Below, piece after piece: positions 38,285-47,507 of a stretch of 49,670 nucleotides of DNA. The stretch lies in the IMG/VR virus record IMGVR_UViG_3300020042_002446, positions 1 through 49,670 of that record. One strand, written 5' to 3'. How positions within the stretch are numbered: the stretch's first letter is position 1; each line of letters starts with the position of its first letter. Source of the stretch: a virus. Its lineage: Duplodnaviria; Caudoviricetes. The notes beneath the pieces were generated by a model, which made no database searches, was not told where the DNA came from, and saw only the letters and a list, made by a program, of their open reading frames with translations. The position numbers were made by a program, and so were the translations under genes.

Positions 38285-38692
38285 TCACTTGGTAGGTTTA
38301 CGTACACTTATTTGATACTCCGTATCGGAGTTCAACCCCGGCGGTACGAGACCGGGATTATCTTCTAAAAACTTTGCCATATTGCTCTGCGCTATACGCT
38401 TCTCTAACAGGTCTAAGGCATCGTGCTGAATAACGAACTCCTTGAACGAACCCCAGTCCTGTGTGTGATAGCGTGTCTTTTGTCCGAGCATTACTGTGCC
38501 TGCATCGGTGCGAACAGACTTAGAACCTAACGCTAGCATCTGTGACTTCATAGCGTTCTTTAGTTCTGCTTCCTGTGCTTCGAGGTTAGATAGTTCGCCC
38601 TCGTATTCCTGCGTTAGTACTTGTTTGGCTGCGCGAATCTTTAAGTAGATTTTAGCCAGCCGATCCATAGGGATCACTGTGTTATCGTCCAT
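38285..38692 (-). CDS. Helical replication-region protein (Gam-like coiled coil)
   Basis: GGAG RBS then ATG 38692 (revised from 38716); SVRTDAGTV..DW..F..LLEKRI. Confidence 0.6.
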   Translation of the reverse strand: MDDNTVIPMDRLAKIYLKIRAAKQVLTQEYEGELSNLEAQEAELKNAMKSQMLALGSKSVRTDAGTVMLGQKTRYHTQDWGSFKEFVIQHDALDLLEKRIAQSNMAKFLEDNPGLVPPGLNSDTEYQISVRKPTK

Positions 38693-38725
38693 TTCTTTCT
38701 CCGTGGTTGGGTACAACTGTCAAAC

Positions 38726-38754
38726 ATTTTACAACTGCTTTTTTTAACTTGCAA
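38726..38754 (-). promoter_or_regulatory. sigma70-type promoter
   Basis: TTGCAA-N17-TAAAAT on - strand. Confidence 0.6.
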
Positions 38755-40306
38755 GCTCTTCTTCATATAATTTTACGAGGGCGGCATGTTCTGTCACCTT
38801 TGAGGCTAGCTGCTTGAACATTTTGCGCTCGATGTCGCTGCCCTGAATATGCACAACCGTTACCTTGTCGGAGTTCTGCCCCACCCTATCCGTACGGGCG
38901 CAGCACTGTAGGTATGTTTCTACACTCATAACAGGACCCCAAAACACCACCGTATCGGCTGCCGTTAGCGTTACCCCATGCGAGGCTGACTGCGGCTGAA
39001 TTACCAGAACACGGGGGTTTTCCTCCGTCTGGAACTTCTTAAATATGGATGTGCGCTTGGTCGGGGTTACGTCCCCATTTATTTGCTCGCAGATAATGTT
39101 ATTCTTTTCCAAGAATGTTGTTATTGTGTCTATACTATGTCTGTATGGTGCAAACACCAACACCTTGCGGGAGGTCTCCTCCAGTACTTCAAGTAATACA
39201 TTAAGTCTGGGCGCACAGTCGAACTCAATGACTTCCTGATTGTCTGTGTATGCCGCCCCTGCGCTGATCTGGAGTAACTTATTAACGCCTGCCGCTGCAT
39301 TTACTGCAGTTATCGTTTCCCCTGCCGCTTGCATAATCATGCGGTCTTTCAACAGCCTGTAGTACTTGGCTTGCTGTGGGGTGAGGGGTACTTCACGTGT
39401 CGTAGTAATGACTGGCGGCAAATCCAAACACTCAGCCTTTGTGTAGCGTATAGCAGGCTGTAAGGCATCGAACACGTCCTGCGCTGCTGATGGTTTAGCT
39501 TGCCACTTAAACTGCGAAACCTTGTACATCACTTGATCACGCCAACCAGTAAAGAACTTAGGCACTTCATCGGGGTTAACCATCTTGGCTAAACCGTACG
39601 CATCGAGCGGGGACTGTGCAGCAGGTGTTCCCGTCATCATCCACAGCAAGGTGGTCGGTTTAACGATTGCCTTTAATGACTTAAAGCGTTTAGTGCTGAT
39701 GTTTTTGTAGGCGTTAGCTTCGTCCACAATCACCAGATCAAACGTGCCGTCTTTATTAATCTCATCAGCAATTAAGTTCAAGCCTTCGTAGTTCGTAATC
39801 ACAAACTCATAACCGCCTCTGACCATCTCTAGTCTACGGGCTGCCTGCGTGTGGTGGGCTACGATGGCACTACGGTGAATGATGCTGTTGTTTAAGTCCT
39901 GCATCCATGCTGATGTCATGATCGAGACAGGGCATAGAATTAAACAACGCCTGACTTCTCCCATATTCATAAGATAGTCAGCCGCCCATAACGCAGAGAG
40001 CGTCTTGCCTGTGCCGGGTTCAGAGAATACAAATCCACGACGATTCATCGTCAGAAAATCTGCTGTTTCTTTCTGGTGGTTAAACGGTTTGAAGCGTCCG
40101 GGCCAGTCGTACCGCCCCTTGATTGGTGACGGTACATTCTTCACACCTAAGTTACGTAGCACACGTGCTTCATCTAAACCCCAATGAACAGCGACTTGAT
40201 GTATACCGCTTGAATCCGGTGGCAGTACTTTGCTCTTAGGGATGATGCGGTACTTCTCCGGTGAACGTGTGCGTAGTACTAATGCTTTGTTATCTACTAT
40301 TTCCAT
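38744..40306 (-). CDS. SNF2-family (SF2) helicase
   Basis: EPGTGKT, IVDEA, MTGTP, HGVTLT, Q..AR.DRVGQ. Confidence 0.9.
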   Translation of the reverse strand: MEIVDNKALVLRTRSPEKYRIIPKSKVLPPDSSGIHQVAVHWGLDEARVLRNLGVKNVPSPIKGRYDWPGRFKPFNHQKETADFLTMNRRGFVFSEPGTGKTLSALWAADYLMNMGEVRRCLILCPVSIMTSAWMQDLNNSIIHRSAIVAHHTQAARRLEMVRGGYEFVITNYEGLNLIADEINKDGTFDLVIVDEANAYKNISTKRFKSLKAIVKPTTLLWMMTGTPAAQSPLDAYGLAKMVNPDEVPKFFTGWRDQVMYKVSQFKWQAKPSAAQDVFDALQPAIRYTKAECLDLPPVITTTREVPLTPQQAKYYRLLKDRMIMQAAGETITAVNAAAGVNKLLQISAGAAYTDNQEVIEFDCAPRLNVLLEVLEETSRKVLVFAPYRHSIDTITTFLEKNNIICEQINGDVTPTKRTSIFKKFQTEENPRVLVIQPQSASHGVTLTAADTVVFWGPVMSVETYLQCCARTDRVGQNSDKVTVVHIQGSDIERKMFKQLASKVTEHAALVKLYEEELAS

Positions 40307-40320
40307 GTGGTTGGCTTTCT

Positions 40321-40557
40321 TTACTTGTTATCGCCCTGATTGGTTTTTTTGCTACGTAAACGTAGGTTACCCTTCGTTGACGTGCCGCCTTTTCTCAGTG
40401 GTGTGATGTGGTCAATATCTTTACCTGCTCTATCAATCCCCATCTTGTCGTACATACGTCTTGCTCTTTGTCTTTCATGCTGATCAGAGTCGGGTCCTGA
40501 TTTACCTGTCTGTAGATCACGCTTGTATTCTTTCTTGTAGTCTCGTTTAGTTGCCAT
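40321..40557 (-). CDS. Small HNH-like protein
   Basis: DIDHITPL.KGG....NLR......N. Confidence 0.7.
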   Translation of the reverse strand: MATKRDYKKEYKRDLQTGKSGPDSDQHERQRARRMYDKMGIDRAGKDIDHITPLRKGGTSTKGNLRLRSKKTNQGDNK

Positions 40558-40559
40558 GA

Positions 40560-41228
40560 TTAGTGCCTCGGATGAAATTCACAGTTAGTAACTGGACACC
40601 AACCACATAGCGGTGTCCGATTGGGGTTCCATACATCGTGCGCATGAGATGCGTTAAATTTTGCTACACGCTCACGGTACTGCCACCATGCAGGCTCAAC
40701 ATCTTCTAGCCCCATCTCGTGCGTAACCATAGAGTTTTTTACTACAAACAACAACGCTGACTTCACGTGCTTAATATGTGGGAAGTGAGCGAACACCATT
40801 AACGACATAAGTATTAACTGATCACGGTCTGGATACTTGTCGTTGCCTGTCTTGTAGTCAATGATACGAGCCGTGTAGTTATCATCATTAACTATGATTA
40901 AGTCTGCAATACCCCGCACCCATCTGTTAGGACTGTTGAACGCTACAGGATTTAAGTCTTCTGTTAATGCCATCTCATACTCAGCAAACTTACGTCCGGG
41001 CTTGGCTATTAACGCATCCAGTACAGGTTTCACAAACGCAAAGTGTTCAGGTATTGGTGTGCCTTCTTTTATGTACAGCTCGGCTGCTAAGTGCAAGTCC
41101 TTACCATAGCGTGTCTGCTCTGTGTCCTGAAACGGAAACTTCTTTAATACTTTTACTTCATGAAACCTTCTAGCACAGCCTTCATAATCTTTAAGTGCGC
41201 TGTGTGACCACGTGATTTTCTCTTCCAT
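40560..41228 (-). CDS. PD-(D/E)XK Cas4/RecB-like exonuclease
   Basis: WSHS..C, RGIAD..IIDYKTG, QL, C-terminal CGWCPVTNC. Confidence 0.85.
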   Translation of the reverse strand: MEEKITWSHSALKDYEGCARRFHEVKVLKKFPFQDTEQTRYGKDLHLAAELYIKEGTPIPEHFAFVKPVLDALIAKPGRKFAEYEMALTEDLNPVAFNSPNRWVRGIADLIIVNDDNYTARIIDYKTGNDKYPDRDQLILMSLMVFAHFPHIKHVKSALLFVVKNSMVTHEMGLEDVEPAWWQYRERVAKFNASHAHDVWNPNRTPLCGWCPVTNCEFHPRH

Positions 41229-43192
41229 TACTTCGCCTCTCCATAACGTCGTGCTGCACCGACATCAGCGTTTAGCGGAATGTTCGGCATATACTTTGGC
41301 TCCATAACCATCTGCGCTAAAACCCATGTTTTAGCGTCTTGTGCTTCTTCCTCTGGCACCATAACAATCTGTTCGTCATGCACTGTGCCTACCACAGGGT
41401 ATCTTTTACTTACCCGCAGCATTCCATCTGTCATCACAATACGTGCCAATGCTTGGGTTACGTTGTTCGTGATTTTACCTGCGTATAGCTTCGTTTCATC
41501 GTCGCCATACACAAACTGTACTCTGCCTTGCTCGTCTTTTATATCCCTCAAATCAGGGTATAGAAGTTTCATTCCGTTGGGTAATTCTATCTCACCCTTG
41601 CGGAAAGTCAAACACTTATGTTTGTGTTCCTTGCCGCCTACTAAAGACTGCACTAGCAGGTGGTTACATACTTCCCAAAACGATACAACAGGGTGCGCTG
41701 CCTCACGGTACTTGTCGATAATCTTCTTCGCTGCTACGCAATGAATGACTAACTCTTCTTCTGTACAGGTGTGCGGTATCTCTTCCATCTTCTTTAAGTT
41801 CTCATCCCATGAGAGGAACTTATCTACATACTCGCCTGTCACGCCTAACTGTTTAGCAAAGGCTTTTGTATAGCGCAAGGGGGGTGCGCCCAGAAAGCCA
41901 GTTAATAACTGTGCTGCAAACGATGCCCAGCCTAGCCCATACCCTGCACCCAACAACGCTGACTTAGCTGACTGCCTGTGTATCGGATGACTATCTTTAG
42001 TTAAGCCCGCAATATTAAACATCTGCGCACCGAACGTTGCGTATACATCACCGCCACTACGGAAAATATTTAATACATCTTCATAGTCCGCTAACCATGC
42101 AAGTACACGTGGTTCAATCTGCGACAAGTCACCTACTACAAGTGCGTGTCCTTCTGGCGCCATGATTGCCTTGCGAAGAAACGATCCACGCTTGAGGTTC
42201 TGCATGTTGATAGCACTTCCTTTTGCTGCTGCCCATCGCCCCGACTTAGCTCCGTAGTATGAGAGTGGAACGGGAAGCGCCCCTCTGGATGCGATGTCCA
42301 AGAAACGTTGCGCTCTCGTTCTTTCTGTAGTTGATTTAACTCTAAGTCTAGCTTCGCAGAGCGTAGCAATTTCTTCTCTTTCACTGTTAAGTAACGCTTG
42401 GAAGAGAGCATCATTCTTTGCGAGGGCGTAAGTTTGTTTCCCTGTTGTCTTACTCTTCTTAAAAGGCGGCTCGCATCCCAATGTAACAAGTAGATTCGCA
42501 AATTTAGGGTTACTCGCCAACGTAGCATCGTCCACGTTAAGTCTCTCCAGAAGCGTTTCACGGGTTGTCCTTTCCTCGACAATTGCATCCATTAACATTT
42601 CTTCATCTAGTATGAGTTGCGGCTGCGTGTACATCTTCAGCGTCATATCAATGAGACGAAGCTCTTTAGCTGGGTAACCTACTACTAGTCGTTTGAATAC
42701 TTCCTCGCACAGGAACACGTCATGGGCGCAGTACTCTGCAAGCTCTCGCTCGATTTGGGGGGACAATTCTTGCAAGCCATCTGTGCTGTGTACTGCTCTT
42801 CCTTTAGGCGGCAGTTGGTACATTTCTGCAAGTTTTGCAAGACTATTGCCAGCTTCAACTCCCCTGAGAGCACGAGCCATAGACAGAGAATCAAAGATAA
42901 ATACTGGACGTGCGTTATAAAGCCATTCAAGTATTGATACATCAAACTGCGCGTTGTGAGCAAGGACAGCAGTGGTAGACCAATCAACTGCATCAACAAA
43001 AGCGTGCATAGCATCCACGCCATACCACTGTGCTGGTCCAACTCCATCAAGGTACTTCGCACAAAACCCAAACGCTTTGAATCGTGAGTCACGGATATAC
43101 TCCTCAGTCGTCATCTTCGACAGGGTGTAAGACTTGCTGTCCCACCTTGTCTCAAAATCAAGGGTCAAAATCCGATTATAAGGTCTGCTCAA
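41228..43192 (-). CDS. polA: Family A DNA polymerase with 3'-5' exonuclease
   Basis: DFET, HNAQFD, YCAHD; motif A DLSQIE, motif B RQSAKSALLGAGYG, motif C VHDE. Confidence 0.93.
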   Translation of the reverse strand: MSRPYNRILTLDFETRWDSKSYTLSKMTTEEYIRDSRFKAFGFCAKYLDGVGPAQWYGVDAMHAFVDAVDWSTTAVLAHNAQFDVSILEWLYNARPVFIFDSLSMARALRGVEAGNSLAKLAEMYQLPPKGRAVHSTDGLQELSPQIERELAEYCAHDVFLCEEVFKRLVVGYPAKELRLIDMTLKMYTQPQLILDEEMLMDAIVEERTTRETLLERLNVDDATLASNPKFANLLVTLGCEPPFKKSKTTGKQTYALAKNDALFQALLNSEREEIATLCEARLRVKSTTERTRAQRFLDIASRGALPVPLSYYGAKSGRWAAAKGSAINMQNLKRGSFLRKAIMAPEGHALVVGDLSQIEPRVLAWLADYEDVLNIFRSGGDVYATFGAQMFNIAGLTKDSHPIHRQSAKSALLGAGYGLGWASFAAQLLTGFLGAPPLRYTKAFAKQLGVTGEYVDKFLSWDENLKKMEEIPHTCTEEELVIHCVAAKKIIDKYREAAHPVVSFWEVCNHLLVQSLVGGKEHKHKCLTFRKGEIELPNGMKLLYPDLRDIKDEQGRVQFVYGDDETKLYAGKITNNVTQALARIVMTDGMLRVSKRYPVVGTVHDEQIVMVPEEEAQDAKTWVLAQMVMEPKYMPNIPLNADVGAARRYGEAK

Positions 43193-43434
43193 TTTAGTGT
43201 CCTTAGTTGGTGTCCGGATTGCGTTTCCTGCATCATTTCATAGGCACTCGTCACCATCATGAATAGTGTGTTCAAGTCAGCGTTAAATGTGTATGTCTGC
43301 ATCTTGCTTGTTTCACTGTCATAGACCAGAAAGACAGCGTGTTTGCGTTGCTGTGGGTCATTTAGCATCTCTTCAAAGGAAGCTATCGCCTCCTGAATGA
43401 ATGCTTTCTTTTGTTCTAATGTTCGTTCTGTCAT
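43189..43434 (-). CDS. Hypothetical protein
   Basis: ATGA couplings at both ends; GAGG RBS. Confidence 0.65.
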   Translation of the reverse strand: MTERTLEQKKAFIQEAIASFEEMLNDPQQRKHAVFLVYDSETSKMQTYTFNADLNTLFMMVTSAYEMMQETQSGHQLRTLN

Positions 43435-43721
43435 ATCACGATAACCTCTAAATAGAATTGCAGTTCATCAATATTTGTTTCGTTAATCACCATCGTTGTG
43501 CCGCCTGCGTCCCATATCTTTTTCATCTCTGCTTCTTGTAATGGCGTTGGCTTGTTCTTGCCTGCCTTACATTCTATTGCTAAGAAGTGACCATTACGGC
43601 AACAGATTACGTCTGGTATACCTGAGCGACCGAAGCCGCCTGTCACAGGATAGAAGTAATACACGCCGTGTTCTTTCAACAGCTTTACTACCTTTGCTTT
43701 AACCTTAGCTTCAGGAGTCAT
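43431..43721 (-). CDS. VRR-NUC nuclease (96 aa)
   Basis: MTPEAKVK..GIPD..AIECK..PTPLQ; start revised from 43865. Confidence 0.85.
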   Translation of the reverse strand: MTPEAKVKAKVVKLLKEHGVYYFYPVTGGFGRSGIPDVICCRNGHFLAIECKAGKNKPTPLQEAEMKKIWDAGGTTMVINETNIDELQFYLEVIVI

Positions 43722-44133
43722 GAGGCACCGCCGTAGCAGCATACTCATCACGCTGTACATATGCAGGTGCGTGTATGTCATCAAAGAAAATAGTATTCCC
43801 TTCAAAGCGTACAGGGTCGCCTCGATATGTCCACACCGATTTATACACACCGTACCCACTCTCAATGAATATCTTTCCTACTGATGTGATGTGCCAGTAG
43901 CCATTCATGCGTGTGCCGTCCTTACGATACGACTGCCCTACTAACTGCCAGTAGCGGAGCTTCTGAAAGTTATCCCATTGGTTTCGTGTAAGCGATAGGT
44001 CTTTCAGATTAATCGGTCCACCACCGGCAGAGTAAAGTTTAAACAGCCCTACTGCTAAGGATTCAGAGAAGGTGTGTTTATACTCGACTGTCTTTGCTCC
44101 ACAATGCTCACAAACTCTATTTGATTTAGTCAT
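43711..44133 (-). CDS. Hypothetical protein, CxxC plus winged-helix-like segment
   Basis: CEHCG; FQKLRYWQLV..GYWHITSVG. Confidence 0.65.
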   Translation of the reverse strand: MTKSNRVCEHCGAKTVEYKHTFSESLAVGLFKLYSAGGGPINLKDLSLTRNQWDNFQKLRYWQLVGQSYRKDGTRMNGYWHITSVGKIFIESGYGVYKSVWTYRGDPVRFEGNTIFFDDIHAPAYVQRDEYAATAVPHDS

Positions 44134-44239
44134 AGTCCCTATCCATAAAGTAATAGATTGCAGCAGCTATGCAGCCTAAAAATAAACCTATACCCAATAG
44201 CGCACCGCTTAACATTAAGATAAATTCGAGCATAAGCAT
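44126..44239 (-). CDS. Single-TM peptide (37 aa, not in ORF track)
   Basis: AGGAGG RBS; MLMLEFILMLSGALLGIGLFLGCIAAAIYYFMDRDYD. Confidence 0.65.
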   Translation of the reverse strand: MLMLEFILMLSGALLGIGLFLGCIAAAIYYFMDRDYD

Positions 44240-44247
44240 TTTCCCTC

Positions 44248-44823
44248 CTAGTCTTTCTGAATCGCTAACTGATACCCTGACATACGCACGATGCACTTCT
44301 CTGCAAAGATAGTAGTAAAGGAATCAATCGCAATCTTTGGTCGATGTAACAACTCAACTTTATCCATCCACATATAGTCATCAAACAACATGACACCACC
44401 ACGTCTAAGCAAAGGGAAAGCCATGCAAGCGTCTGTTATTACATCTGGTGCGGTGTGGCTACCATCTATATAGATAAAATCAAACGCCTCAATGAAACGT
44501 TTGTACGCTAACTGACCAAGTGCTTCGTAAGAAGGCTCTGCATACACTCGCACTCCTTGCGTTTCTTTTTTAACTTCTGCTACGTTTGCATCGAAGGTTG
44601 TACGTAGCGCACTTACATCAAGACCCACGTGTTCTTCACTACCTTTGAATGTGTCTATAACAAACAGCTTGCCATCATCAGCTAACATATTTTCTAGCAT
44701 CCAACAGGTTGCTCTACCTTCGAACGCACCTATTTCTAATATACATTTTACCGTTCCTAACTCTTCTTTAATGTGCTTAAAGTTATTAATGTTGTGGCTG
44801 AACCAATCTTGTGTAAATTTCAT
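44248..44823 (-). CDS. Class I SAM methyltransferase (Methyltransf_24-like)
   Basis: LEIGAFEG, IDTF, FDFIYIDGSH, GGVMLFDDY. Confidence 0.88.
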   Translation of the reverse strand: MKFTQDWFSHNINNFKHIKEELGTVKCILEIGAFEGRATCWMLENMLADDGKLFVIDTFKGSEEHVGLDVSALRTTFDANVAEVKKETQGVRVYAEPSYEALGQLAYKRFIEAFDFIYIDGSHTAPDVITDACMAFPLLRRGGVMLFDDYMWMDKVELLHRPKIAIDSFTTIFAEKCIVRMSGYQLAIQKD

Positions 44824-45593
44824 GCTAAGTCCTTATACATGCGAACAGGGGAACCTCTAAAATTATATGTACCAACGTGAGCAAACGCAGCCCACGGGGC
44901 GATGTAAACATCTATGCCATTCTCACGGCACGTAAAACAGAACGTGTAGTCTTCAGACATTTGACGCTGTGTAACAGGATGCTTCTTTAAAAAGAAAAAC
45001 TCGTTTATCTCTTCGTTATCATCGTTACGGTATTTATCTACCTTACCAATCAAACTTTCAAAGACTTCACGCTTAACTAGCATGAATCCAGTACCGACAC
45101 CTTTGACTTTGAATGGCTCTGATGCTTTTACTGTGGCAGAGGTAGCGTCGTCCAACATATTTACCACCATGTCTCCAGTATGCAGCTCGAGCTTATCGTC
45201 TGGTACACCAGATTCAATTGCATCACGTACTCTGTTCCATGCAATCTTTTTACGTGGGTATACGCCACCTATAACACCTACATCTGCTTTTAACATATGC
45301 AAAATGTCTGTTGCTTCAAACTCAATGTCTGCGTCAATGAACATCATGTGGGTACAATCTTCTTCTTTCAAAAACATATCCGCTAAGTCGTTACGTGCAG
45401 ATTGAATCAAGCTGTTGTTCATGATGAATCGAATGCTTACCTGAATCCCTGTGTTACCTAACACTCCCGGAATATTTAACATCGACTTTGTGTATAGCCC
45501 CGTACACATACCGCCATACATAGGTGTAGCAAGAAATATTTTGATTGGCTTTTCTTTATTTGCTACACCACTAACTGCTACTTCTTTATCCAT
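44820..45593 (-). CDS. GT-A fold glycosyltransferase
   Basis: ATPMYGG, SLI..ARN, FIDAD (DxD), GTGFML, SEDY.FC; start revised to 45593 (GGGAG RBS, TAATG coupling). Confidence 0.8.
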   Translation of the reverse strand: MDKEVAVSGVANKEKPIKIFLATPMYGGMCTGLYTKSMLNIPGVLGNTGIQVSIRFIMNNSLIQSARNDLADMFLKEEDCTHMMFIDADIEFEATDILHMLKADVGVIGGVYPRKKIAWNRVRDAIESGVPDDKLELHTGDMVVNMLDDATSATVKASEPFKVKGVGTGFMLVKREVFESLIGKVDKYRNDDNEEINEFFFLKKHPVTQRQMSEDYTFCFTCRENGIDVYIAPWAAFAHVGTYNFRGSPVRMYKDLA

Positions 45594-45754
45594 TACATTC
45601 TCCCTATTAAACATAAAAATCTAAACTTTAAAACAGTCCAGATACTCATCATACGTATTTGCTTCTTCAACTCTTCGTTCTCTAACATCAGTTCGCTGTT
45701 GTGCATAGACATCAAGTTCCACGCTTTCTGTACGCCTTCTTCATCCATTGCCAT
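45593..45754 (-). CDS. Small coiled-coil hypothetical protein
   Basis: AAGGAG RBS before ATG 45754. Confidence 0.6.
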   Translation of the reverse strand: MAMDEEGVQKAWNLMSMHNSELMLENEELKKQIRMMSIWTVLKFRFLCLIGRM

Positions 45755-45765
45755 TGTTCTTCTCC

Positions 45766-46047
45766 TTATGGAATAAAACGCCATGCATCTTCATGCGCTA
45801 AATATTTTTTCATATCCTGCCCTCTTGCTCGGATTTGATCTGCCAACACTGTTCTTGGCATACCGTTACATCTCCAGTTTTCTGCCATATCAGCGCACGC
45901 TTTACGCTCTGCTGCTGCGACTAGGTTGGCAAAACGCTCAAGCTGTCCTTGACTTATGTACCAAACAACTTGAGGTTCAAGTACGCAACTGTCATCCATT
46001 TCCCAACCCGCTTCTTTAGCCATGCGGATAATGTCATCTCTAGTCAT
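45766..46047 (-). CDS. Hypothetical phage protein
   Basis: MTRDDIIRMAKEAG..LERFANLVAAAERKACA..IRARG. Confidence 0.75.
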   Translation of the reverse strand: MTRDDIIRMAKEAGWEMDDSCVLEPQVVWYISQGQLERFANLVAAAERKACADMAENWRCNGMPRTVLADQIRARGQDMKKYLAHEDAWRFIP

Positions 46048-46355
46048 CTCAACCCCCTCCGCTTCGCTCTGTTCTCTTTTGATGCTTGACTTCGTCTTTG
46101 ATACATTAGTTTTCTTTTCTTAGACTCAATCTCTTCTTCAGGCGACAACCATTCACGCTCACCTTGTGCGGCAAGCCATCCGTTGTAGAACATATTGATC
46201 ATGGGGTTAGTTAAGTCTGGCAGCTCGCCAAAGTCAGCTAAATATTCTCTGACGAACTCAGTCTTAATGATTTCAATAGTTTGAGTAGCAATAGCTTTCT
46301 TCTTCTCTGCATCACGAAACATTGCCTTCTCTGGGTCTACTACTTTAGTGTTCAT
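46044..46355 (-). CDS. Hypothetical protein
   Basis: AGGAGG RBS; ATGA coupling. Confidence 0.65.
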   Translation of the reverse strand: MNTKVVDPEKAMFRDAEKKKAIATQTIEIIKTEFVREYLADFGELPDLTNPMINMFYNGWLAAQGEREWLSPEEEIESKKRKLMYQRRSQASKENRAKRRGLR

Positions 46356-46377
46356 ACACCGTTCCTCCTGTGGTTGG

Positions 46378-46584
46378 TTACATTGCTCTTATTGTTTTTA
46401 ATACGGTTACTACTTTTTCTACTATGCGTTGCATCTCCGGCTTGTCGTCATTGCACCCATCAAGTAGGGCGTGTTGCCATTGATACTCTTCTGGTGTGTA
46501 CTGTCGGTCTTTAAACGCCTCATACATCACACCGATCTTAGGCGGGTCTTCCTTAATAAATTTTCCATCTTTCAACATCGTCAT
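46378..46584 (-). CDS. Hypothetical protein
   Basis: GAGGAGG RBS; KDGKFIKEDPPKIG. Confidence 0.65.
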   Translation of the reverse strand: MTMLKDGKFIKEDPPKIGVMYEAFKDRQYTPEEYQWQHALLDGCNDDKPEMQRIVEKVVTVLKTIRAM

Positions 46585-46906
46585 CCTCCTCTTCTATGAA
46601 GTAACTAGGCACACGATCTTTACTGCGTATGTCCTCGTTCTTTCTTCTCACATCGACCTTTTTCATCTTTACTGTTGCGACCTCTTTGTCGTTCGCATAC
46701 AGCCCTCGTTCATCTGGTACAGGCACAGCTTTTGGCTTTCTCGTTTCACCGTACTGATTGCGTGAACCTGTGCCAAACGTTTCAATTTCCATCTCCATCG
46801 TAGCAAAATTGCTTTTACATACCTCACATTTCCTGCGTCTAAACACGCCATTAGGTTTTTGCTCGGTGGTTGTTACGTTGGATTTCCCACCGCATGAACA
46901 TTTCAT
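46553..46906 (-). CDS. NrdR-like zinc-ribbon protein lacking an ATP cone
   Basis: MKCSCGG..V..T....RRRKCEVC...FATME. Confidence 0.7.
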   Translation of the reverse strand: MKCSCGGKSNVTTTEQKPNGVFRRRKCEVCKSNFATMEMEIETFGTGSRNQYGETRKPKAVPVPDERGLYANDKEVATVKMKKVDVRRKNEDIRSKDRVPSYFIEEEDDDVERWKIY

Positions 46907-46945
46907 TTATTGCTCCTCTTTTTTGACGGGTGTCACGGGTGACAA

Positions 46946-46965
46946 GCCGCCCCCGAAGGGGCGGC
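46946..46965 (-). terminator. GC-rich cUUCGg hairpin (terminator or RNA-stabilising)
   Basis: GCCGCCCC-UUCG-GGGGCGGC; weak U tract. Confidence 0.55.
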
Positions 46966-46982
46966 AGCTTGTTTCTTACTAC

Positions 46983-47474
46983 TTAATCATCGGTGTGTGC
47001 GTACGGACCGAACGTTGTTTGTGCCACGATTGGTGCGCCCTTCAACATAGAACCATCGAACCCTTCAGGGAATCGCCACAACTCTAAGCTCTGCTTATCC
47101 TTCGCTGCCGAGCACGTATACGTACCGTTGCCCCACTTAGAACTACAGTACGCAGATACTGCGCTCTGCATATGCTGTACGTTAAACCCACCGACAGGGA
47201 TGGTCGCATAGCCATCTTTCTCTAGCGTCTCGATCAGCGGCTTGTATACCGCAGCGTACGCACCGAACGCCACCGTCTGTTTACGTGTGCGCTTGGCAGG
47301 CTTGCCTGCTGTCATACCCTTAGTGGCTATGTTGATGCCATGCTCCTCGCTATGGAGCGCATACTCCAGCCCTATCTTATTGTGCAACACGTTTAACAGG
47401 GCGTTGACTTGGTCTTGCATACGTTGGAATACTACAGGGATTTGTTGCTTGGATTTTTTAGGCGTATTTGCCAT
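46983..47474 (-). CDS. Hypothetical early protein
   Basis: AAGGAG RBS; directly downstream of near-consensus promoter. Confidence 0.75.
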   Translation of the reverse strand: MANTPKKSKQQIPVVFQRMQDQVNALLNVLHNKIGLEYALHSEEHGINIATKGMTAGKPAKRTRKQTVAFGAYAAVYKPLIETLEKDGYATIPVGGFNVQHMQSAVSAYCSSKWGNGTYTCSAAKDKQSLELWRFPEGFDGSMLKGAPIVAQTTFGPYAHTDD

Positions 47475-47507
47475 GATACTGCTCCTTGTGGTTGGTAAAG
47501 AAATTTA

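Noticed and set aside
40321-40557. Homing endonuclease or intron
   Set aside because: Only 78 aa, free-standing, flanking genes uninterrupted
40560-41228. CRISPR-associated Cas4
   Set aside because: No array or other cas genes; standard phage replication-module exonuclease
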